From: Octopus sinensis
Taxonomy: Eukaryota
Reading direction: 5' to 3'
Assembly (NCBI RefSeq): GCF_006345805.1
Contig: NC_043010.1
Coordinates: 33,170,001 to 33,234,000 of the forward strand
Length of the DNA stretch: 64,000 nt
The notes under the pieces were generated by a model. That model was not told where the DNA came from and ran no database searches. It saw only the letters and a program-made list of their open reading frames with translations. This document shows, piece by piece, positions 22,666 to 36,295 of this stretch (position 1 is its first letter; every line of letters starts with the position of its first letter). A program made the translations under genes and the position numbers.

Positions 22666-23078
22666 ATTTTTTATCGGAGGAAATATTAGTTTCAAATTTT
22701 GGTACAGACCTGGCAAGTTTGGGGAAGGGGTTCAGTCAATTACATTGACCCTAGTGCTCAACTGGTACTTATTTTATCAACCCTGAAAGGATGAAAGGCA
22801 AAACTGACTTTGGCGGAATTTGAACTCACAACATAAAGACATATGAAATGCTGCTAAGCATTTTGCCCAGCACGCTAACAATTCTGCCAGCTCACTGATC
22901 TCTCAAAGGAATTATTGACTACTATTCCAGTTCCTTGAGTCAGTTTTGGATTCAGCCAATTTGCAGTTTTAAATCCCCTTATCTAAGACTATGTTTAAAG
23001 GCTTGTAGCTTGATTTCTTTGGATGGAGGCATTTTGGAGGAGGCAAAATTAAAAGAGGTCATAAAAGTGACAGAGGGT

Positions 23079-23652
23079 ACTGACCAGCATCGCTTTTGCT
23101 AAAGATAAGAGTTAAAATGGATCTTTTCGGTTTGAACGGCAGTTTTTAACATAATTTCTAGGTAACTAAAAAATTTTAAACTTCGTATACTGGTAGAATG
23201 CGTTTACAAAGCATCTTTTTCTCTTGGCTTTATTGAGAAAATTCTATAGTTTGTAAGATATTTGTTGTTTTTTTTTCTGCAATTTCAACCAATCACTGAC
23301 GTCTATTGAGGTAAAAAACAAAAACATTTTGTGCCGTATGAAACACCTAGGGTTAAACTTAACTACCTCTGTCAGAAAAATCATTGAAAATGTATGCTGA
23401 TTTTCAAAATGGTAAAAGTGTAAAAAACAAATTAAAAAGGGTGGCTTATTAGCAATTAAAACCTAATGACTGACAAAGAGAGGTAAGTCCCCAGCCTCTG
23501 ATGAGGATTAAGATGGTCTACATCAAAATCCGAAATCGCGATCTGGCTATGTACTCTGGGGACTTACGTCCCTTTGTCAATACTCAGGACAGTGATTTTG
23601 TGGTTTTTGAGTTATTTTAACTCTTTTCTTTAGCAAAAGCGGTGCTAGTCAG
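23079..23652. mobile_element. MITE with TIRs of about 40 bp, carrying a nested fragment of the 14758 element
   Basis: ACTGACCAGCATCGCTTTTGCTAAAGATAAGAGTTAAAAT versus ATTTTAACTCTTTTCTTTAGCAAAAGCGGTGCTAGTCAGT. Confidence 0.75.
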
Positions 23653-24022
23653 TCTATTACTTTTGCGACCTCTATTAATACACGCACACACATACATATA
23701 TATATATATATATAGAAAGACAGAGTGTGTGTGTAGGGGGTGCCTGTGTGCGCTTATATATACATGCGTTTGTGGATGTATGTGTATATGTATGCATGTG
23801 CGCACGGATAAATAATATGTTATATCATATGCGCTATATACCTCTACAAAAATGTGATTTTCATTGCTGGAACGTACTTTTCGATCAATTTGCTTGACCA
23901 GAGTTGAGTTCGGGTAAAATAACCACAAAACAATCGAAACTAATTGTTGATAACCAAATGTGAAATGTCAAAGGTTAGAGAAGATTTCGAACTAAAACGA
24001 GGCTCAGGGTAAGAAAAGAAAC

Positions 24023-24111
24023 ATGGCTGCTGGGCGTTCATATCCATTCGGATTTGTAAATCAACACAACAGCTCCATTAATTCTGCCTCATCAACGAAT
24101 TTTGCTTACGG
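24023..24111 (+). CDS. PEX13: Peroxin-13, exon 1 (MAAGRSYPFGFVNQHNSSINSASSTNFAY)
   Basis: ATGGCT start in a CpG-enriched segment; donor tacgg|gtcagt, phase 2, in frame with exon 2; length similar to PEX13 exon 1 elsewhere. Sequence itself is poorly conserved. Confidence 0.7.
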
Positions 24112-27100
24112 GTCAGTATTAAGTTTGCTTTATGTATTTTTCTATGTATTTATCCTTGTGTCTGAATGTTTTATGTACTTACCTGTATGACTACCGATCT
24201 GTATACAAAACTCAGGTTCTCGTGAGTAAGCCTCAAACTTCGTCTAATTCTGTTTCCAAATTTCATGATTAATTTTTTAATATGAGACATTGTATATCTA
24301 TACAAAATCGGTCTCTCTCCATTGTTTTAGCATGTGTGTGTATTTATGTGTATGCACGTAGTTTTTATTTCGTGTTTACATAGATCTGACACATAACTTG
24401 GAAGAGGGTCCATAAAGTGGTTTCGATGCGATGTTTTTAACTCTCCTTGTAAGAATATACTACTCCTTAATGTATCTTTACTGACCACTAATCACTTTCG
24501 GAATTTACCGTGTTACTTCGAGTGGGGTTGTTAATTAGTCATGGTTTGAGGGCTCGTAGGTATTTTAGTTACGTGCTGCCTTAATTGCAAAATTACCAAG
24601 CTTAACGATATTAATTAGTGACGCAAGTAAAATCATTAACAAGCTGGGAGTTGTTAATAATTTTCCTTTTCTGTGCTCTCAATCCAAGTCTCCTGTTAGT
24701 AGTGTAAAATTTAAAACATTTCTATGTAACACTTCTATGCAATTCTAGGAATGCAGTCTGCCGCCAAAGCTATGCACTTCAAAACTCCACACAACAACAT
24801 CCAGTTTTGATTAAAATAATCTAAATTGGTTTCATGTGTTCTTGTTGTTTAACCCCAGGCCTAATCTGATCAAGCAAAACTCATTAATGTGTTCGAGTTA
24901 CAATTCTAGCTTATCTTCAGGTAGTCTCATTGTCTAATGTGTTAAGATGTAGAACGTCCCAGCAGAAGGAACAACTTACTGGTTTCTTATCTCATAGTCC
25001 CATCTGCTGTATCCCATTGACTTTACAGCAATAGATTTTCACCTTTCTTGGAAAATGTTCCCGAGTCTGAGATTTTATATTTCTTGTTACAAAAATATTT
25101 GTAGCTATCAATCATGTTCTGTAGTTTCACTCCTATTTATTGCTCCACTTGCTAAAAATAGCTGCCAAATTCTCTTAAAACACATGGGGTGGGGGAAAGA
25201 CATACATAACAATGTAATTCTACATATACAAAAAGATGGAATAGTCGTAGTTGTGGCTGGTATGTCTTTGGTCATCTAAACATCAACTTATTCTGGAAGT
25301 GAAAGAATAAGCTATTATAATATTGTGATTTTATTGCATTAACTCTTGCTTGACCAATTTCTAATGAAGTACACTATGTGTCATCATCATTTAAAATCTG
25401 TCTTCCATACTGGCATGGATTGGATAATCTGACAGGATTCAATGAGCTGGAGGACTGCATCAAGCTCTCGCCATGCTTTCTGTAGCTGGATGTCCTTTCT
25501 AATGCCAACTACATTACAGAGTGTATTGGATGTTTTTTCTCATGACACCAGCACTAGTGAGGTCGCCAAATAACTTGTAAGACAAAGAAAAAGTAGTCGC
25601 CTCTTGACTAAGTGGGATTGTAGTAGAGGTGCAGGCAGCTTTATGCTAAATGTTAGCGGGACAGGCACTGCTATCTTGCTCTACAAGAGATACATGGCCT
25701 CTCTGCATTACATAAGAGTGGATAGGAGTCACTGAAAAGATGATAAAAATGATGATAAATTTTGCTTCAGTTATAGAGAATGAAGCCAAACAAATATTCT
25801 GCTTTTATAATGCTGTCATAACTCATAAAAAGAAAACTTTAATCTTTCTCATATTTAAGGTATGTATGTTTGTGTGCTTTCACTTTCAGAGGAGCCTACT
25901 TATTGTGATCACATTGGAATAAAGGAATTTTTAATAACAATAACAACTTGATAAATTTAAGCAGAGCTTTGTTTCTAACAAGGAGTTAATCTTCAATTCA
26001 TTTTTAACTAAAAAGTTTGACCAACTGATTTTGATAATATTTTCCCCTACATAATGTGTTTGTGCACCCACATGTGTGTGTGTGTGTGTACATACTCATA
26101 TAATCATCAGTATACAGCCAGCCATGCCATCTTAACTCACAAACTTAGCTGCTTTTGATAAGCACTAGTATAACTGACTTGAGAAGTTCACTTTGCAACC
26201 ATGTGGTTTTGATTTCAGTCCTTGGGTAAATGTCTTTGATTACATCCCTAGCTACATGAGGGAATTTCGTAGACAGAAACTACAGGAAGCCTATCAAGTA
26301 TTTATCTGTGTGTGTGCATGTGTTAATATTCATGTATGTTTATATTTCACCCTTGTCACCACTTAAGTAAAGTGGTGCCGATGCTGACATTCCTTGGTGT
26401 GAGTATGACTGGTTACTCTGTGAAATGGAAAAAAAAAACATTCATTACTTGAAAAACAGGTAAAGATTGGCATTATGCAAAGTATCCATCCATAAAATCC
26501 TACCTCAAATATCTCTCCATTGAAACCTGTGCTAGCTGAGACAAAAATGGGCATTAAACAAATAACTGAATCCAGACACACAATTCATTAATACAAGTAT
26601 TTGTGCTCAAAAATGAAACATAGCTTTAGTTTATGTAAGTAACCTACTTCATAAGTAAGTGGGTAATAAATTGGATCAGCAACCAAAAAGAAAATCACAT
26701 TCAAACTTGCATAAAAGATAGGATTATGAATGCATTCTGTCTTCAATGTTTGAAGTAACCAACATTTCAAATACTGTAACACCATTTAATTTTATACTAT
26801 AAGTTTGAAAGAGTGCTTTTATTATTATTTTTTTTTATTTTAAGAAACTAATGTTTTTAGTCCGTTAATGTCATTTATAATGATAGTCCATTGATAGTCA
26901 TATGATGTCACTTATAATATATTAGATATTGTTATTTGAATATAGACTGTAGTTTATTGGCTTTTTTCAGAGATGATATGCTCAGCTGGGGCCTTTTAAA
27001 GTATGTCATCTTACATGATTTATTCTATATTTCCATTAACCCCTTTACTACCATATTTCTAATGAAATTCACTTCTTAAGTCTTTCAGTCATCTTTGAAA

Positions 27101-29578
27101 ATAATTATCTGAATGGATGGGTTAGATATACTACTGGCCCACATTGTAATAAATGTTTGTCAAAGACCTCCCCTTCTTCCCAACAAAAACCCCAATGTAT
27201 TCTATCTAATTGCTCCAAATGCAACACAGACATGTTCCTACATACTTATGCTGCATATCAGATCCAGTGCATGAAACGCAGCAAGTGTTACATCATCTTT
27301 TAAAGAACAGCTCAAAAAATGCAGAAACAAAGATTTTGTTTGTGTCTGAGGAGAGTCATTTTCTTTTTGTGCCTTATAAGATTTTGCTGCTATCATTAAA
27401 GCTGTAGGTTGCAATATCATTAACCTATGGATAAAAGCTGTTCTGATTTTGAAAAAACCCAAATTAACTGGCTTGATATGACTGCCAGTGGAAACAGTGA
27501 ACTCAATGGCTCACAGTTCTTGACCCAATTCACCTTTTGCACATGTCACCTAAATCATGGAACTCAGTTTACAGCCTCCAAGTTCTTCACCTTTAAGCAT
27601 ATGGTGATACCATTATTTCACAGAAGGATCCAACATGCCAACAAAATGGACATGAGCATGTAATTTACCTTTGACAGTGAAAAAGATTTTTTAATTAACT
27701 GCCATGTGTACCACCAGCAGTTCATCACATAACTACCATATGCATCACTGGTGGTTCATTTTCATAATTTAAGAAAATATTTTATTCTGTATCTTTGACA
27801 TAGTTTTGAAGATATTTAAATAACACGAGTGCTACATATTAAAGTTTAACCCTTTAGCATTTAAACCAGCCATATCCAGCCAAAATATTCTGCCTCTTTT
27901 ATGTTCAAACTGGTTAGATTCAATATCTCACACCTGTCCTCATTGTAAAAGATAAACAATCACTTAATCAAAATTCTGAAGCCATAAGACAATACATGAT
28001 TAATTCAAAATCATGCGAATAAATATGCATTACAGAATAATCTGAATGCTAAAGGGTTAATTATGAAATATTGAAAAAACAAAAAAAGAAATTACATTTT
28101 GTTGTAATTAAGCAGTATGCATTGCAATTGCAAGAAATGCATGGTGTCATTGTAACAGATTGTGGCAGTTAACATATTAAATAACATTTTCACTACTAGA
28201 TATTATTAATTAGTGTTTGGAACAAGAATTTTATATCAAATTCATGATGGAAGTTGTAATGAAAGGTTTTATATCTTATGTTCAGATGCAATCTGAAGCA
28301 GGTTGTTATCAAAAGGGTTAATAATATGGAGATTTAATTTATATATTCATAAAATCTATTTTATCTGTTGACTTGTAACCATGTTGCAAGGTTATATACT
28401 TTGCCTCAATCCTGCATTTTATCATCATCATTGTCATAGAATTTGTGCTTTCAAATTTTGTATGTAGTACAGATCTGTTCAGCAACATTTCTCTGTGCAA
28501 TATCATCTATGAGGCACAATATTTTTAGTTGTGACCTAAGTCCTTCCATCTTGTTATTTTTGTGGTACTTCTTACTATGAACTACTACACATTTCAGTAG
28601 CATCCATTTCAATTATACGCTCACATCAATTCACTCATCTCTGTACACACTTCACCTAATACCTCATCATCATCATTTAATGTCTGTTTTCCATGTTGGC
28701 ATAGGTTGGATGGTTCCACAGCAACAGGCAAATCAGAGGACTGCATCAATCCTTGCTGTCTGCTTTGCCATTTCTATAGCGTAATGCCTTTCCTAATGCC
28801 AACTAGCAGTTGTGAGGTCACCAAGTAACTTGCAAGACAAGACCTCTCAATTGAGAGACTGAAAAAAAAAGAGTGTTGCATTGGATGGGACACCTGGCTG
28901 CCTCAGGTGGGGAGAGAGTGAGAGAAAGAAGATGGTGGTGAAGGTTAGTGCGTTGGGGATTGGAGAGGGTAAGTAGGTGAGTTCACAAGATTATGAAAGG
29001 AGAGTGGTAAACGGAGGTGGTATTGGGAGGTTTAAGTTGTGGGGAAGAGATTCAATGGGGACATATTGTGTACTGGTAGGAATGTGTTGTAGAGTGGGAT
29101 GAATGCAGTGGTTGGTGAGTATGGATAGGCGAAGGGGAGAGATGTTGGGAAAATGGGTTGTAGAAGAGATTTATCAGGGACAGGTTATGCGTGTGTGTGG
29201 GGGTTGGGGCATGAACATAAAGGATATGCCCTTTGTAGCCTTGATTTTTACAGCAAATTGCCAATTATTTCACACCTTTGTCATCTCCTCTTAAAATCTC
29301 CTTTCACTCTGAGAAAGAAGCCCTGAGAGCGAAAGGCTGTAGAACATTTGTTAAGATTGTTATTGATTTCTAGAATGATATCCAGTGTTTAGCTATGTCA
29401 TGAGGTAGGTCCCTAAGGTCTAACAACACAAGAGTCGCTTATCTTGTGAAGTGTTGCTAACATATTTAATATAGCGAGTCTCTGCATTATGTCAACACTA
29501 ACTTCCCTTTGTTTTTCATGTTGCAGGCATCCCTGTGTATTTTCTGACCAGACATTATATGTGTATTTTTTTAAACAG

Positions 29579-29782
29579 GCTTCCAAGTGGCCCAGCTCTG
29601 CCTAGTGCATCAGCCATACCTCCACAGCCTCCGCCCAGACCAAATCGGACGCAAGGCAGCAGTTTACCATCTTACCGCAGCAGTCCATTTGGTTCTTATG
29701 GTTTATATAACAACAATAGTTATGGTGGCAATCCCTACATGCCTTACCATTCCAATTATGGTATGAACTATGGTTACAGTGG
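29579..29782 (+). CDS. PEX13: Peroxin-13, exon 2 (Pro- and Tyr/Gly-rich N-terminal region)
   Basis: aaacag| ... gtgg|gtaagt; phase 2-2; PPQPPPRP...YGLYNNNSYGGNPY...YGMNYGYSG. Confidence 0.93.
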
Positions 29783-30654
29783 GTAAGTCTTTCGTTGTTG
29801 AAGTAATTGTTATTGCTGTTGTTGTTGCCGTGAAAGTATAATAGTAAAATCTCAGTCTGTGACCTAGTTTTAAAGATAAACAGGATTTAAAAAAAAATTT
29901 TAGTGACACGAAGCTGGCTAACACAAGAGAGAACTAAATTTACTGCTAAATTGGAACATTCCTGATAATATCCACATATTAGTCACATGACCTACAAATG
30001 CCCTTTGCAGATCCTTTTTTGTTTTAAGTATTGGTGGAGTAGCACAGTTGGCAACTTCTATGCAAGTCTCATTGGTGTTGAGTAATCTCATAGGAGTGCA
30101 TTTTTGATAATGGCATCAATTATAATATCATCATTTTACATCTGCTTTTACTCTGGCATGGGTTGGACAGGTGATCACAGTCCAAGTCAGTTCTTGTTTG
30201 GAGTTATTGTCCTCTTAGATGGCTCTTGATTGTACATTTATTTTTGGCTTTGTTTCTCTGGCTAGGTTAACATTAACTAACATAACAACTATTTCAGTGA
30301 TAATAGAAAAATACTAGAAGTTAGTATTTAATAAGCTGTTTGGGTCTATTCTCTGTGTTTGTGTATGAAAATCCTCTGGTGTTTGCATTATGGATATATT
30401 TGTGTGTTTGTGTATGGATCTTCCTTAGCACTTGTCTATAAAGCTATACCTACTCTATGATGCTACTCAACCGTGCAAAGCTATTCTGGGGTATGGAGCC
30501 ATTCTATTCGTTGGAAATACTCCAATATATGAAATTACTCTAGTATTATTTTAATGAATGTTTGACATGATATTCTGAAATTCTAATTTACTTCATTCAT
30601 ATGAAATTTGAAATTTAATTTGGTTTAATAGTTAAATCTTCATTCTTTTCTCAG

Positions 30655-31115
30655 GTTTGGCACTTCAAATAGTGTCATTGATGACTACAACAGCTTGTAC
30701 CGACAAGTGGAGGGGAGTTCACGGCAGGCATTCCAGTCAGTTGAAAGTATTGTTCAGGCCTTTACCTCAGTTAGTATGATGTTGGATTCCACATTCCAGG
30801 CCTTGTATAGTTCTTTCAGAGCTGTAGTAGGTGTAGCTGACAATCTTTCTCGTCTCCGTTCTCAGTTATACAGCATTCTGTCAGCTTTGGCCATCATGCG
30901 AACTCTGAAGTACATCATTCGTAAAATACTTGAGGTGTTCAGATTGCGACCAAAGGGCCATGCAGCAGCAGCTTGGCAAGAAGCTTCAGTTGGTTTATTA
31001 CCCCAGCAATCAATTTTTCCTGCTGATTCAAAAGGGCTCAGTTCTTGGCCCATTTTAATGTTTTTTGGAATCATAGTTGGTGCTCCATGGTTGATTTGGA
31101 AATTAATCTCTGCAA
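30655..31115 (+). CDS. PEX13: Peroxin-13, exon 3 (Peroxin-13_N domain and TM)
   Basis: SSRQAFQSVESIVQAFTSVSMMLDSTFQALYSSFRAVVGVADNLSRLR...SSWPILMFFGIIVGAPWLIWKL; canonical splice sites, phase 2-1. Confidence 0.97.
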
Positions 31116-32236
31116 GTGAGTTTTGTTTTATATTTTTCCCTTTTGCCTTAATGTTCAGATATTTTTTTTTTCAGTTTAATCAATGAAAATGTACAATGTA
31201 GGGGTCAATAAAATAAGTATTAGTGAAAGACTGGGGTCAGTATAATTGACTGACCTACTCCCCTCAAAATAGCTGGCCTTGTGTCAAAAATTAGAAAAAA
31301 TTATTATATTGTGTCTATATCAATCTATATCAAATCTTAACTTTTTTACACAATCTACAGGAATGTTAGGTATTATGATTATGAAATTTTTTTCTCAGTT
31401 GTAATCTTTATGTTTGGAAGTCAGATACTCAGATGTAAGTGAGACGTACATTTGACACAATAACTTCCTAGATAAAATACCTACTTTCTGATGACTGTAG
31501 TGACTAAGTTCCCACTACAGACAGATACGAAGTGGACAATCTTTCCTCGTTTTTTGTTTTCCTATGTGGCCTACTATGGCTGTCATTACAAGACCAGACA
31601 GCTACAGATTAATTTTATAGCTATTATTAGGTCCAGTCTTTTGTTACTAAAACAGGTCCTTCACAGAATGACATCCAACTATACAAACATTAGTTCCAAC
31701 AATATGAAATATCCTCCAATCCATATCAAGTTAACATGAGATTAGTCACCATTGATATTGTTACTTACGAAGGTGGGTCTGAAAAAGCAGTGGTGTGTCA
31801 CACAAACCCTCTTGGTCCTTTTACATTCTGTGTTGAAATTTGACAAGGTTAGATTTTCCTCCCACTCTTCCAGGGCCAATAAAATAAAGTACAGTCATGT
31901 ACTGAGGTTGATCTAATTGACTGTAACTCTTCCTCTTAAAAGTATGGTTTTGTAATTATTTATTATTTGCTAGATCTGAAGGAAGGTCTTCACAAGTCAT
32001 CTGAAACTGGTGAGATTAAGGTCTTTAATGCTCCAAGTCAATTCCTGGAGGGAGGGGAGATAAATCTAGAAAACTAACGTTCTGGAAAAGAAGGAAGGCC
32101 AGGCTGTATTGGTTAATGTAGGACCTGGGTAGGAGTGTTGGATATAACAGAAGTGATGAATAAATGCTATTCCACACTGTGAACAGAAAGAGTTTATGTT
32201 ATATCCTTAAAGCCTCCAATATTGTAGTACGTTTGA

Positions 32237-32830
32237 CATCATCATCATCGTTTAACGTCCGCTTTCCATGCTAGCATGGGTTGGACGGTTCAACTGGGGT
32301 CTGGGAAGCCAGAAGGCTGCACCAGGCCCAGTCTGATCTGGCAGTGTTTCTACAGCTGGATGCCCTTCCTAACACCAACCACTCCATGAGTGTAGTGGGT
32401 GCTTTTTACGTGCCACTGGCACGGAGACTAGACGAAGCTGGCAACGGCCATGATTGGATGGTGCTTTTTACGTGCCACCAGCACGGAGGCCAGTCAGGGC
32501 GGCGCTGGCTACGGCCATGTTCGGATGGTCCTCTTACGTGCCACCGGCACTGGTATCACAGCTACAAATTCCATTGATGTTGATCGATTACGATTTTGAT
32601 TTTCACTTGCCTCAACGGGTCTTCACAAGTGGAGTTTTGTGTCCCAAGAAGGAAAGGAATGCATAAGTGGGCTGGCTACATCCCAGGTAGAGGCCACGGG
32701 ATTATGGCCTCACTTGTCCTGCCGGGTCTTCTCATGCACAGCGTACTTCCAAAGGTCTCGGTCTCTAGTCATTTCCTCGGTGAGACCTAAAGTTCGAAGG
32801 TCGTGCTTCACCACCTCGTCCCAGGTTTTC
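32237..32830. mobile_element. Family C repeat (CATCATCGTTTAACGTCCGC...) joined to a minus-strand RTE LINE 3' end; further family C copies at about 12265, 25380, 28670, 35340, 37110 and 57980
   Basis: 32590-32830 is nearly identical, as reverse complement, to parts of the RTE tail at 57600-57860. Internal GTGCTTTTTACGTGCCA repeats. Confidence 0.85.
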
Positions 32831-32846
32831 CTGGGTCTACCTATAC

Positions 32847-33720
32847 TGTAACAGTGTTATAACTATATAAAATAGAAATAGCAGCAGTAATGAGCACGTA
32901 ATGAACCAACAATCAATATTTCCTACACACTAACTTGAACTGTAAACTGTACCTGGACTTCAAAGATCAAACTACAAACTCCCTCCTATGTCAGACTGCT
33001 ACTATTTATATGTAGCAGTCCCATCTATTCTTGTTAGGGGGTGTCGTACTCTCACCAAACATCTCCCCTTTTGAGATATTGAGCTCTGAAGAAATAAAGT
33101 AATTTTATTTATTATCTCAAGGTGTTCAGTCTACTTCTATTTTCTCATGCTGGTCCTATGGGACTCCATTACTTTCAGTCGGATACATAAAAAAATACTT
33201 CCATAGGAATGTCTCTTCTTAAGCTGATTTATGTGTCTCTTATGTTCCCAGGGCGGGCCTTTAATTAGATACATCATACTTCCTATTTTTTTGGCTACAA
33301 GGCCATCTTCCGAGCCTTCTTTACAATTTCTGTAAGTTTTAAATGCACTTTATCTCCTACTTCGAAATATTTCGTTGCATCTTTTGCATCTTTACATCTT
33401 TTTTTCTCTGGCAATAACTTATCAAAAATCGATTTTATTCTTCTTGTGAACATCAACTCTGTGGGTGACTTTCCTGAATTTGTATGTGACTTAGGGGTTA
33501 CTCTATATACCCTTAATAATTTTATTAGTGCTTCATTGTTACTTAATTTGTTCCTAGCTTTTCTTAACGCTTTTTTGAACGTGCTCCCGAATCTTTCTAC
33601 CTGCCCATTTGACTTCAGATGGTAGGGTGGAGTGAAAATATGCTTTATTGCATGCATTTTACAGAAGTTCTTGAATTCATACCCCAAGAATTAACGTGTC
33701 TGGAACACAGTATTGCGCAA
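32847..33720 (-). mobile_element. Gypsy remnant: integrase core, PPT and 3' LTR (32847-33061)
   Basis: FKNFCKMHAIKHIFTPPYHLKSNGQVERFGSTFKKAL (integrase core); minus-strand AAAAGGGGAGA PPT followed by TGTTTGG...TGTTACA. Confidence 0.85.
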
Positions 33721-33799
33721 ACAATTTATATAGGAACTTTATAGTTGTCATAGTGGTTGGTTTATTGAGACAGAAAAAATAATATAATTACTATCTGAA

Positions 33800-34650
33800 G
33801 GACAAAATACTCTATCAATTGCAAAAATATTTACATGAGATCACCACACAATTAAGAAGCCTGTTGTAGACAACAAGGTGTTGCTTGATCCTCCAAGACC
33901 AAACCCAAATCCCTTAAACCCCAAGATGAATGAAAACTGAAGTATGCCATGATGGAAAATCCTCATGCAATGAGTAGTAAGATTTCTGAGGCAGCTGGCA
34001 TCAGCAATGTACCAAAAAGCTTGGTAGTGCCAAAAAGATGGAAATTTCACCTCCCCTTTTGAAAAACCATCACAAGAAAATGTTGGCTACACAGAAAAAT
34101 ACATGAAACAGAATTTTCGCGATATCCTATGGACCGATGAGTGTAGAGCAACACTGGATGGTCCCGATGGTTGCTTAGTGGACGAAATAGCATAGCCCAT
34201 ATTAGGAGGCAACAAGGGGGAGGAGGGGTGATGTTCTGGGCTGGATTGCTTGGGAACACAATAACAGGTCTTTTCAGGGTTGCACAAGGGGTTAAAATAA
34301 ATTCTGTAAACTATTGTCAATTTCTGAGTGATAATTTCCTTCCTTGGTATCAGTCAGCAGAGAAAAAGAGCATCAATTATTTTCATGCAGGACAAAGCTC
34401 CATCACATGCTTCAAAGTATTCTATGAAGTGGTTGAATGATTATGACATCTTGGAATCCAATGGGTGCCAAATAGTCCTGACTGAACTTTGGAGAGCAAT
34501 ATGTGATACATGTTACAGTGTACCAATGCAGCAACTAGAAAATCTTGTCTCTTCAGTTGATAAGAGGCTTTTGGAGTTGATTAAAAAGAAAGGAGGCTGT
34601 ATTAGGAGATACCGAATATTATTGTTTGTTATATGACTATTATACAATTT
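33800..34650 (+). mobile_element. Decayed Tc1-family transposase
   Basis: ILWTDECRATLDGPDG, RRQQGGGGVMFWAG, KINSVNYCQFL and IFMQDKAPSHAS motifs across frameshifts. Confidence 0.88.
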
Positions 34651-36169
34651 TTGCTCAACTTTCTAAAATATTATGCAAAGGTATATTGTATCTCAAATAC
34701 ATACTGACAAAAATGTTCAAATAAGCATTTATTTAGTTTAAAAATTTTTTTTTTTGGCATTTCTAAACTCATTTTGGTCAGTATGTAACTATTCATTCTT
34801 ATTTGTCCAATTATCTTTGACTTAATAATTTTGAGAAGTACTTGGTACTTTAATTTGCACTACAATTTTCTATGTACTGATTAACACTTTGTTTCATTAT
34901 TTCCCTTGTTTTTTTTTATAACACAGTTTCTTTGTTTGACTAAAACCCTTCAAGGTGATATTCCAGCCTGACCTCAGTCCAGTCTCTGAAACCAATAAAA
35001 GATAAACAATATTTATACATACATGTGTGTGTGTATGTGTATAGTTGTAGTGTCTCATGTACGCTTCATGTTCCTATGCATGTAGTAGTAACAATATTAC
35101 TGGTTACATGTTAATCAACAACATTTAGTGTCTCTAGATAAAGCTCCATGCAGCTATGATTAGCCAAAAGATTGTTGTTTACCTCTAAGGTCAACCCTAA
35201 TCAAACTGACCTATGATCAAAGCAACCCACCTGTGACCATCTTGTCTTTTTTCCAGATATATTAATAGTACATCAAGGACTACATTATAGGAATTCTATT
35301 TCTGTGTAGAAAGTATATTATAGTTTCTCTGAGTGTTGCAGCTAACTGGGTTGATTGGGTGAGGACTGGCAAGCTAGGAGGCTGCACCAGGTTCCAGTCT
35401 GATCTGGCAACGTTTCTACAGCTGCATGCCCTTCCTAATGCCAACCACTCCAAGAGTGTAGTGAGTGCTTTTTACATGCCACTGGCACAGGTGCCAGTCA
35501 GGCAGCACTGGCATTGACCATGCTTGAATAGTGCTTTTTACATACCACCTGCACAGGAGCAAGTCAGGCGGTACTGGCATCAACCAAGCTCAAATGGTGC
35601 TTTTTAGGTGCCACTGGCATCAGCCATGACTACGATTTCACTTGACTCAACAGATCTTCTCAAACACAGCATATTGCCTGACAATTGAAGGGTAATTTTA
35701 AACGGGCCAGTTATGTGACACTGGCATTGGCCATGGCTACGATCTATTATCTATATAGTTTTTTTTTATTTATTTATGCTTTGTTTACCATTTAGGTGAC
35801 AGGCTGCCCACATTACCATCTGATGAGCCAATGAAAGTTGTCACTCGACCTGCTAGAAACAGCAACCAATCCTTACTGTTTTAAAAATGACAGAACATGA
35901 GATAATGCAGTTCTGCATACCTTAAAAAGACACGATGATCATGACTGGAAGCTCTTTAAATCCAGGGTCTACTCAGCCGGAGCTGACTTCAGGTTAAACG
36001 CCATCTGATCTGTTGGCAACTTTAGCTGAGTTTAGCATTGCAAACATACACTGACATGGTTTCTTAATTCTCTCTTTTTACTGCAGATGTTCAGGCAGAC
36101 CATTTTTTTTACTCAATCAATATCATCTTAAAAAAAGCTAGCTATATAATTTTCTCTCTATTTATTTAG

Positions 36170-36295
36170 AGCTTCCTGGCTGGGTAACAGGTGATGATGA
36201 CCATTATGTGTCCTATGGCCTCTATAACTTTGTTGCTGAAAGTAATGATGAATTATCATTCAATGCAGGCCAGAAGATTATCATTGCACCTAAAG
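36170..36295 (+). CDS. PEX13: Peroxin-13, exon 4 (SH3 N-terminal half)
   Basis: WVTGDDDHYVSYGLYNFVAESNDELSFNAGQKIIIAPK; tttag| ... aaag|gtatt; phase 1-1. Confidence 0.95.
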
